Sequence record: SRR20825019_1762
DNA length: 64,000 nt
Direction: 5' to 3' (one strand)
A program made the position numbers and the translations under genes. How positions within the stretch are numbered: the stretch's first letter is position 1; each line of letters starts with the position of its first letter. The notes under the pieces were generated by a model, which saw only the letters and a list, made by a program, of their open reading frames with translations, ran no database searches and was not told where the DNA came from. Shown piece by piece: positions 43,466 to 50,888 of this stretch.

Positions 43466-45409
43466 ATGACTGTGAAAATTAATTTTAAAGCTAAAGTGAT
43501 TACGGTTCTTTCTGTTGTCTTTTTACTGAGCGCATGTACAAAAGAAATTATAGAAGAGAACCCAAGAGGACAATTTACACCTGATTTTTTCCAGTCCGAG
43601 ACTGGTGTTCAGGGCGGTGTGGTGTTCTTATATGAAACCATGAGGGATATTTATGGGAACCCCGGATTCTTTAATTCCACGGAATCGGGTACGGATGAAT
43701 ATACCTTTGCAGAGTCTGCAACCGGTGATTTTAAAAACGTGGACTTGTCCGGAGAAGGACAGATCATATCAGATGAAGGTGCAACTGCTGGAGTATGGTT
43801 TGCGAGTTTCCCTGCCATTAATACAGCCAATGGTATTTTGGAAAATGCAGAGGCCGTAGGATTGGACCCTGCCCTTGTTGCCGAAGTAAGGTTTTTTAGA
43901 GCATTTTATTACTTTTTATTGGTACAGACCTATGGTGGTGTGCCATTGGATCTAGGATCTGGAGAATTGGCATTCAATAGATCTGCTGTCAGGACCTCAA
44001 CACGTAATACAGTTCCGGAAGTTTACACAAAGGCAATTTTTCCTGATTTGGTTACAGCGGTTAACGATTTGCCTGAAAATCCAAGATTGACAGGTACGGT
44101 TACCAAAAATGTGGCCAGGCTCATTTTGGCCAAGGCGTATTTGACCTATGGTTGGTGGTTGGAAAATCCAGAAGGGATTCCAACATATCCTGAAGCTCAA
44201 AGAAACGATCCCGATGGAAATGATCCTTCATTTTATTTTCAAGGGGCATACGATTTGGCCATGGATGGTATACAAAATCCTGGTCCCTACGGTTTGCTGG
44301 AGTATTTTTATGATGTTCACGAAGGCTCTAACGATCGACATATGGAGATGATGTTGTATGCCGACCGTACTCCGGAAAACGAACAATTCAATGGTGCACC
44401 GGTAACAGGCTGGGGGACTACTTCCAACAGTTCCAACACCGCAGTTTGGATGGCAACATCCAATTATACCACCATCAGTGTTGATGGTGTTCCTGCCGTT
44501 CAACGGCAATCGGTTCAGAGCCTTGGTAGACCATGGACACGAATGGCACCTACAGTTAGCAGTTTAACCGAGACTTTTACCGATAAGGATATAGATTCCC
44601 GTTACGACGGTACTTTTACGACCAGTTATCGAGGCAATTGGGACCAAGGAGGCGACGCCACGCCGTCATTGACCGGTGCCAATGGTCTAGAAATTTTTCC
44701 AGGTGATGCCGTTATCTCATTTTTGGACGAGTATGATCCGGCTGTGGTATATGAAGAGAGTGGAGAGCCCATAAACGGTGCCAATATTGGTGGTGGGGTA
44801 TTGCCAGGAAGAGCAGATTACGTAATCAATGTAAACGAATTCAATAGAAGGTTCTATCCCGGTTTATGGAAGACAGGAACCTACCGTGACGATAACGCTG
44901 GAGGTCTGGGTCAGCCCAATGTGCCAAATACGCGCCCTTATCCCATAGCTAAGTTTTCAGAGTTCTATTTTATTGCTGCTGAAGCCCGAGTTAAAGGTGC
45001 ATCTGGAGCAATGAGTGCCAGGGACTTGATCAATGTGATCCGTGCCCGTGCAGGCAAATGGCGTTTTGATAATGGTGAACAAGAAGAGCGCATTGAAGAC
45101 AATAGTGCAGCCATGATAGCAGCTACTCCAATGACCATTGATATTGATTATATCTTGGATGAGCGTTCACGTGAGTATTTTGGTGAAAGTGTGAGATGGT
45201 ATGATCTAGTACGTACCCAGAAATGGATTGAAGTTGCTGGTTCATTCGAAATAGTAGATGACATCACTGCCACAGTTCATAGTCCCACTGCTACAATTTC
45301 ACGTGAAATCCAGCCTTATCATTACTTAAGGCCTATACCACAAACACAGATAGATAATTTGGATATGACCGATGCTGAAAAAGCCACCTATCAAAACCCT
45401 GGATATTAA
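43466..45409 (+). CDS. susD: SusD glycan-binding lipoprotein
   Basis: Lipobox LSAC; RFFRAFYY-LVQTYGGVP, ILDERSRE-FGE, RWYDL-R, PIPQ, QNPGY. Confidence 0.95.
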   Translation: MTVKINFKAKVITVLSVVFLLSACTKEIIEENPRGQFTPDFFQSETGVQGGVVFLYETMRDIYGNPGFFNSTESGTDEYTFAESATGDFKNVDLSGEGQIISDEGATAGVWFASFPAINTANGILENAEAVGLDPALVAEVRFFRAFYYFLLVQTYGGVPLDLGSGELAFNRSAVRTSTRNTVPEVYTKAIFPDLVTAVNDLPENPRLTGTVTKNVARLILAKAYLTYGWWLENPEGIPTYPEAQRNDPDGNDPSFYFQGAYDLAMDGIQNPGPYGLLEYFYDVHEGSNDRHMEMMLYADRTPENEQFNGAPVTGWGTTSNSSNTAVWMATSNYTTISVDGVPAVQRQSVQSLGRPWTRMAPTVSSLTETFTDKDIDSRYDGTFTTSYRGNWDQGGDATPSLTGANGLEIFPGDAVISFLDEYDPAVVYEESGEPINGANIGGGVLPGRADYVINVNEFNRRFYPGLWKTGTYRDDNAGGLGQPNVPNTRPYPIAKFSEFYFIAAEARVKGASGAMSARDLINVIRARAGKWRFDNGEQEERIEDNSAAMIAATPMTIDIDYILDERSREYFGESVRWYDLVRTQKWIEVAGSFEIVDDITATVHSPTATISREIQPYHYLRPIPQTQIDNLDMTDAEKATYQNPGY

Positions 45410-45467
45410 GAATTAAACTATAATCTTCATAAATAGTTTGAGTTAGTTAGTTTTAAGTTGCATTCAT

Positions 45468-45500
45468 AAAGAGGCTGTCCCCATTGGACGGCCTCTTTTA
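45468..45500 (+). terminator. Intrinsic terminator after susD
   Basis: AAAGAGGCTGTCC-CCATT-GGACGGCCTCTTTT. Confidence 0.8.
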
Positions 45501-45576
45501 AATGGTAATGGTAACAAAAAACAGGGTTGGATCATAAGTTCAACCTCTTCCAATTGAAATGAATACCTTTATTTAA

Positions 45577-47376
45577 ATGAAAGTACTTGGGATATCCGCA
45601 TATTATCACGACTCTGCCGCAGCTCTGATTGTGGATGGCGAAGTAATGTATGCTGCCCAAGAAGAACGGTTTTCAAGAATAAAAAATCACGCCTCTTTTC
45701 CAGAGCAGGCTATAATATATTGCCTTTCCGAATCAGGCTATGCATTGGATGACCTTGACTATATTGCCTTTTACGACAAGCCCTTCCTTAAGTTTGAACG
45801 ACTTTTGGAAACGTATTATGCCTTTGCGCCTAAAGGCTTTCGCTCATTTGCCAAGGCTATGCCAATTTGGTTGAAGGAAAAACTCTTTACAAAACAGATC
45901 ATTCGGAAAAGCCTTAAAAAAATCGGTGGAGCACATGCTCTAAAAATTCCCATTGTATTTCCAGAGCATCATCTGTCCCATGCGGCCAGTGCCTTTTATA
46001 CCTCTCCTTTCGCCAAAAGTGCATTTTTGACGGTTGATGGGGTTGGCGAATGGACCACTACCTCCTATGGATTGGCTTCAGGCGACAAAGGAATCGAAGT
46101 ACTTGGGGAACTCCATTTTCCTGATTCACTTGGATTGCTTTATTCTTCTTTCACCTATTTTTTAGGGTTCAAGGTGAATTCAGGTGAATACAAAATGATG
46201 GGACTCGCCCCTTACAGTAATCTTCAATCCAAAAAAGTACAGGGTTTCATCGACATCATCAAAGAAAAATTAGTGGACATTAAAGGAGATGGTTCCATCA
46301 AACTGAACAAAGCGTATTTTGAATATCCCGTTGGGCTTCGGATGGTGAATCCCAAAAAGTGGGAAGCGCTTTTCGGATTCAAGAAACGGGATACCAATGA
46401 ACCCATGACACAAATACATGCGGATTTGGCCTTTGCGGCCCAAAAGGTCTTGGAAGAGATCATCGTAAAGCTGGCCCATCATATTAAAAAGGAAACCCAA
46501 GCGGAATATTTGTGCTTGGCAGGGGGTGTTGCCCTAAATTGTGTGGCGAACTCCGTTTTGTTCAATGAGGCTATTTTCAAGGACATCTATGTACAGCCCG
46601 CAGCGGGTGATGCCGGAGGCGCCATCGGGGCTGCCTTGGCCGCGGCGTATTTAAAGCAGGATTTGAACTTTACCGGACTCAAGAAACCGTTCAATCCTTA
46701 TCTTGGCCCGTGTGCATCCCATCAAGAAATTGAAAGAGTGTTGCGAAGGCACAAATGCCCATATCGTTATTTTGAATCCACGGAGGAACTTATGGGCACA
46801 GTTGCTGGTCATTTGGCTGAAAAAAAAGTAGTGGGATGGTTCAGGGGACGAACGGAATTTGGTCCAAGGGCATTGGGGAATCGCAGTATACTTGCCGACC
46901 CCTCGGACCCCGAAATGCAATCCAAGCTCAACCTGAAAATCAAGTTTCGTGAAAGCTTTCGGCCTTTTGCGCCTGCAGTTTGCGAAGAGGATCATGACAT
47001 TTATTTTGAGCCCGGCAAACAATCAGCATATATGTTGTTCACAAATCCGGTAAAAGCCTCACTCAGGAAATCGTTGCCCAAAAATTTCAACGAACTTACT
47101 CTAGAAGAAAAACGCAAAATACCTAAATCCGATTTGCCAGCCATAACCCATGTGGACTATTCGGCCAGGGTACAAGTGGCAAAAAAGGAGGTCAATCCCA
47201 CGTTTTGGGGTTTATTGCAGACCTTTAAAAAATTAACGGGTACCGGAGTGCTCATCAACACCAGTTTTAATGTTAAAGATGAGCCCATTGTAAACACCCC
47301 GGAAGATGCCTACCATTGTTTTATGAACTCGGGCATGGATGTTCTGGTTTTGGAAAATTATGTAATTGTAAAGTAA
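45577..47376 (+). CDS. O-carbamoyltransferase, NodU/CmcH/TobZ/SxtI family
   Basis: SAYYHDSAA, QEERF-R-K, HHLSHAASAF, DGVGE, AGGVALNCVAN, AAGDAG, EFGPRALGNRS, RESFRPFAP, NTSFN. Confidence 0.95.
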   Translation: MKVLGISAYYHDSAAALIVDGEVMYAAQEERFSRIKNHASFPEQAIIYCLSESGYALDDLDYIAFYDKPFLKFERLLETYYAFAPKGFRSFAKAMPIWLKEKLFTKQIIRKSLKKIGGAHALKIPIVFPEHHLSHAASAFYTSPFAKSAFLTVDGVGEWTTTSYGLASGDKGIEVLGELHFPDSLGLLYSSFTYFLGFKVNSGEYKMMGLAPYSNLQSKKVQGFIDIIKEKLVDIKGDGSIKLNKAYFEYPVGLRMVNPKKWEALFGFKKRDTNEPMTQIHADLAFAAQKVLEEIIVKLAHHIKKETQAEYLCLAGGVALNCVANSVLFNEAIFKDIYVQPAAGDAGGAIGAALAAAYLKQDLNFTGLKKPFNPYLGPCASHQEIERVLRRHKCPYRYFESTEELMGTVAGHLAEKKVVGWFRGRTEFGPRALGNRSILADPSDPEMQSKLNLKIKFRESFRPFAPAVCEEDHDIYFEPGKQSAYMLFTNPVKASLRKSLPKNFNELTLEEKRKIPKSDLPAITHVDYSARVQVAKKEVNPTFWGLLQTFKKLTGTGVLINTSFNVKDEPIVNTPEDAYHCFMNSGMDVLVLENYVIVK

Positions 47377-47526
47377 ATGGAGTTTTTAAAAGAATTCTTT
47401 CTGTTTCTAAAAGAGCGAAAAAAGTGGTGGTTGGTACCCTTGATCATCATATTTGTGCTTTTTGGCATACTGATTTTTTTGACCAGTAGCTCTGCACTGG
47501 CACCTTTTATTTATACCTTATTTTGA
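47377..47526 (+). CDS. 49-aa single-TM DUF5989/SxtK-like peptide (not in the ORF track)
   Basis: Translated by hand: MEFLKEFFLFLKERKKWWLVPLIIIFVLFGILIFLTSSSALAPFIYTLF. Its ATG directly follows the upstream TAA and its TGA overlaps the next ATG. Confidence 0.88.
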   Translation: MEFLKEFFLFLKERKKWWLVPLIIIFVLFGILIFLTSSSALAPFIYTLF

Positions 47527-47885
47527 TGGAAAGGGAAAAAGCTTTTGAAACGATCATTGTTCTGGCACTGGCCTCGCTCATTTTTTCAGTGTGGTTGCAC
47601 GTGGAGTGGCTGGTCTATGTGGCCATGGCCTTTTTGGCCATCGGTGTTGTTTCCAAACGGGCTTCGACCCTTATTGCAAAAGTATGGCTAGGGTTTTCCC
47701 ATTATCTGGGTGTGGTAATGAATTTTGTGTTAATGTTCATCATATTTCATTGCATACTGATTCCTCTGGCAGGGTTGCAACGTTTGTTTGGCAATAATCA
47801 GGTTCGTAAGAAAACTACCGAAACTTCCTATTTTCATCCACGTAAGCACCTTTACACGGGGAAGGATATTGACAATCCCTGGTAG
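47526..47885 (+). CDS. SxtJ-like small membrane protein
   Basis: ATG at 47526 (TGATG overlap); hydrophobic segments; W--FS--LG...IFH-IL-P...SYF...NPW pattern; synteny with the carbamoyltransferase and DUF5989. Confidence 0.78.
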   Translation: MEREKAFETIIVLALASLIFSVWLHVEWLVYVAMAFLAIGVVSKRASTLIAKVWLGFSHYLGVVMNFVLMFIIFHCILIPLAGLQRLFGNNQVRKKTTETSYFHPRKHLYTGKDIDNPW

Positions 47886-47900
47886 CCAAAAAATTTGAAT

Positions 47901-49628
47901 TTACCTTTTTGTAGAACGGTTCTTTTTAAGATAGTTGCTCTTCTTAAAATAATAATCGGCATAAGCATCATCCTGTAACTTACGGCACATCTCCCCTGCC
48001 ATCTTATAAACTTTGTACTGTTCAGGAAACTCAAAAATCAAGGTCTGGGCCACTTTTAGCGCACTTTTATAATCCCCATCCTCATTGTATTTGTGATAAG
48101 CCTGAGTCATTACATACTGCCATTGGTCCTGATGCCTATATAGATTGACGGCAGTTTTTTCCTCGAAGGTCGGGTTTTGTGTCACATAACTAAACTCAGC
48201 AGGCGTTGTTCCGGACATACTCAGGTCATAGGGCCATGATTTTTTAAGGATTTCCACCGCCAATTTCCCTTTTATGGAATCAATTTTGGTCACTGGAATA
48301 TCATCAAAGGCCTCTTCATATGTAATATAGTTTTGCCAACCTTTCAGTAGTCTCAGTTCTTTGATTTTTTCGTAGAACGCATCCGCCATCACAAAATACC
48401 CTTCCACGTTGGGGTGTACGTGCTCCGCCACCAATTTATCCCCCACTATCCCATATGGAACTTTGGATTCGAATATGCCCTTCATATCAACCAAAGGTAG
48501 GTCGTACTCATGGGCCTGCTCGATAATTGCATCGTTGATCCTTTCGGGGGCCCTAAACCTTAATAGATCCAATTCTTTGGCCAAGTGCAAGTATTTTTTG
48601 GCGGAATCTGGTTCCTTTTCCAGATAATATTGGCCCAAGATATAGGCCGCATCTGCATTTTGAAGCGCCAAACCATGCCCTTCAGTTTTATTTTCCTGAA
48701 TCGCCGCTCTGTAATCCTCAACATTCAGGCTATCGCTGATAAAAGGCTTGATATCCTTTTCATTCGACACTAGGGTTGAAAGTATAACAGGGATATTATG
48801 ACGTTGATATTTATCCAATATTCTTTTCAAATTACTTTTGAACTGCGTTATTCCCGCATTAAAAGCATCTGAATCCAAAGGAATTTCCTGCTCTTTGGCC
48901 ATGACCTCCATCAAGGTGGTCTCATCGGTAGACATGGTATTTTGGTCATCCGACTTCATCAGGCCCATGATTCCGTTTTCAAGCAGTTGAAAAAACCGAA
49001 AGTTCTTCAGTCTAAGGTAATTTCTGACCAATGCGGGATGACTCCCAACGGAAGCGGAAGAACCTACCCCCAGGGCCCCATAATATTCGTTGTGTCCCGC
49101 ATAAATAATGACCAAGTCCGGTTTTTGATCAATAATTTTATCGGTTATGTCCCATAACGTATAGGAATTTACCGCCGTGATTGCGGTATTGACCACTTCT
49201 ATGTTTTTTTCCGGGAACGTCCGGGAAAGCCTATGTTTCAATAGTCTTGGGAAAGACGCCCCCTTATAGAAAGGATAGCCCACGACGGTTGAGGCCCCTT
49301 GGACAAACACCCTAAAGGTGCTATCCGTTTTTTGTCTGAGGAAGAGGTCCGATTGACTATCCGCATTAAAATCTGTCCCTCTAAAATATTTCTTGGACAA
49401 ATCGGAGTTGACAACCAAATACTCAACGCCATTTTCACCCTTGACGCTATTGAATAATTGGTAATTTTCCCCATAGCCAATCCCCCATAAAATTGGCTCC
49501 AAGATTAAGATCATGATCAATGGAAGAGTCGCCGCAATAATTCTAAAAAGTATTTTCTTCTTCACACCAGAGAATTTTGTCTGTTCATGAGTACTAGTTA
49601 AATAGTGCTTAACTGGGTTTATCCACAA
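47901..49628 (-). CDS. Membrane-anchored SGNH/GDSL-fold protein with TPR-like segments
   Basis: N-terminal KKK plus TM helix (start may be GTG at 49565); block I GAST, block III YAGHNE, block V EHVHP. Confidence 0.8.
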   Translation of the reverse strand: MWINPVKHYLTSTHEQTKFSGVKKKILFRIIAATLPLIMILILEPILWGIGYGENYQLFNSVKGENGVEYLVVNSDLSKKYFRGTDFNADSQSDLFLRQKTDSTFRVFVQGASTVVGYPFYKGASFPRLLKHRLSRTFPEKNIEVVNTAITAVNSYTLWDITDKIIDQKPDLVIIYAGHNEYYGALGVGSSASVGSHPALVRNYLRLKNFRFFQLLENGIMGLMKSDDQNTMSTDETTLMEVMAKEQEIPLDSDAFNAGITQFKSNLKRILDKYQRHNIPVILSTLVSNEKDIKPFISDSLNVEDYRAAIQENKTEGHGLALQNADAAYILGQYYLEKEPDSAKKYLHLAKELDLLRFRAPERINDAIIEQAHEYDLPLVDMKGIFESKVPYGIVGDKLVAEHVHPNVEGYFVMADAFYEKIKELRLLKGWQNYITYEEAFDDIPVTKIDSIKGKLAVEILKKSWPYDLSMSGTTPAEFSYVTQNPTFEEKTAVNLYRHQDQWQYVMTQAYHKYNEDGDYKSALKVAQTLIFEFPEQYKVYKMAGEMCRKLQDDAYADYYFKKSNYLKKNRSTKR

Positions 49629-49656
49629 CTTTAAATTATAAACCGGATAATTTTAC

Positions 49657-49668
49657 GCAATCGATTGC
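49657..49668. promoter_or_regulatory. LacI-type operator GCAATCGATTGC overlapping the -33 of the GH10 promoter
   Basis: Perfect palindrome; its TTG (49665-49667) is 20 nt before a perfect TATTTTTG (49688-49695). Confidence 0.78.
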
Positions 49669-49750
49669 ATTTTGCTAATTTATTAATTATTTTTGGTCAA
49701 AAACAGCACAACCTATAAATAACATCGCTTATTTTAACAAATACTTAATT

Positions 49751-50866
49751 GTGAACAAATTTATCTTTTTGATTCTACCCATCCTGATATTTTCAGGAAC
49801 TCAATCCAAAGCTCAACAAAAACTAACACTCAAAGAAGCTTTTAAAGACAAATTTTTGATGGGCGTAGCAGTGAATCGATATCAAATAAACCAAAGCAAC
49901 CAGGAGGAAACAGACCTTATCGCTTCCCAATTTAATGCGCTGACAGCAGAAAACGACATGAAATGGATGTACATACATCCGGAGGAGAACACATTTAATT
50001 TTGAGCAGTCCGATAAATTGGTGGAACTCGCTCAAAAAAATGACATGTTCGTGGTTGGCCATACCCTTGTATGGCATAGCCAATTGGCACCTTGGGTATT
50101 CAAGTCCAACAATGGGGATACCATTAGCAATGAGGAGTTGAACGGCCGAATAAAAAAGCATATCTCTACCATTGTTGGGAACTACAAGGGCAGGATAGAC
50201 GCTTGGGATGTCGTCAATGAAGCTTTGGAAGAAGATGGATCATATAGAAAATCCCCGTTTTACAAAATAGGTGGAGAAGCCTTTATAGAAAAAGCGTTCC
50301 AATATGCAAATGCTGCCGACCCTGGAGCCGAACTCTACTACAACGACTATAACCTTATCACCCCGGAAAAGAGGAACGGGGCCATACGTATTATCAACAA
50401 CCTTAAAAGCAAAGGAATCAAAATAGACGGCGTTGGAGTTCAAGCCCATTGGAGTTTGAACGAACCCTCCATTGAAGATATCGAGACCGCCATTAAAATG
50501 TATTCGGAAACTGGTGTAAAAGTCATGTTCACGGAACTGGATATTTCGGTTTTGCCCAGTCCTTGGAACGCGCCGACCGCTGATGTTTCCGTAAGTTTTG
50601 AGAACAACCCTACCATGAACCCCTACCCCAACGGCTTGCCGGATTCTGTACAAACCCAATTGGCAAAACGGTATGAAGAAATTTTTAAGCTTTTCAACAA
50701 GCATTCGGATAAAATTGGAAGGGTTACCTTTTGGGGGTTGCACGATGGCCTGTCCTGGAAAAACAATTTTCCCATTCGCGGCAGAACGGATTATACCTTG
50801 CTTTTCGATAGGGGAATGAAACCCAAAAAGGCATTCAATGCAGTAATCAATACAGTTAAAGATTAA
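49751..50866 (+). CDS. GH10 endo-1,4-beta-xylanase, signal peptide
   Basis: ENDMKW, GHTLVWHSQ, WDVVNE acid/base, YYNDYN, TELD nucleophile, RVTFWG. Confidence 0.96.
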   Translation: MNKFIFLILPILIFSGTQSKAQQKLTLKEAFKDKFLMGVAVNRYQINQSNQEETDLIASQFNALTAENDMKWMYIHPEENTFNFEQSDKLVELAQKNDMFVVGHTLVWHSQLAPWVFKSNNGDTISNEELNGRIKKHISTIVGNYKGRIDAWDVVNEALEEDGSYRKSPFYKIGGEAFIEKAFQYANAADPGAELYYNDYNLITPEKRNGAIRIINNLKSKGIKIDGVGVQAHWSLNEPSIEDIETAIKMYSETGVKVMFTELDISVLPSPWNAPTADVSVSFENNPTMNPYPNGLPDSVQTQLAKRYEEIFKLFNKHSDKIGRVTFWGLHDGLSWKNNFPIRGRTDYTLLFDRGMKPKKAFNAVINTVKD

Positions 50867-50888
50867 CTTCCATCATTCCAACAGATTA

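Noticed and set aside
45577-49628. Saxitoxin biosynthesis cluster
   Set aside because: Only sxtI/J/K/L-like families are present; no sxtA, sxtG, sxtB or other core genes are in the window.
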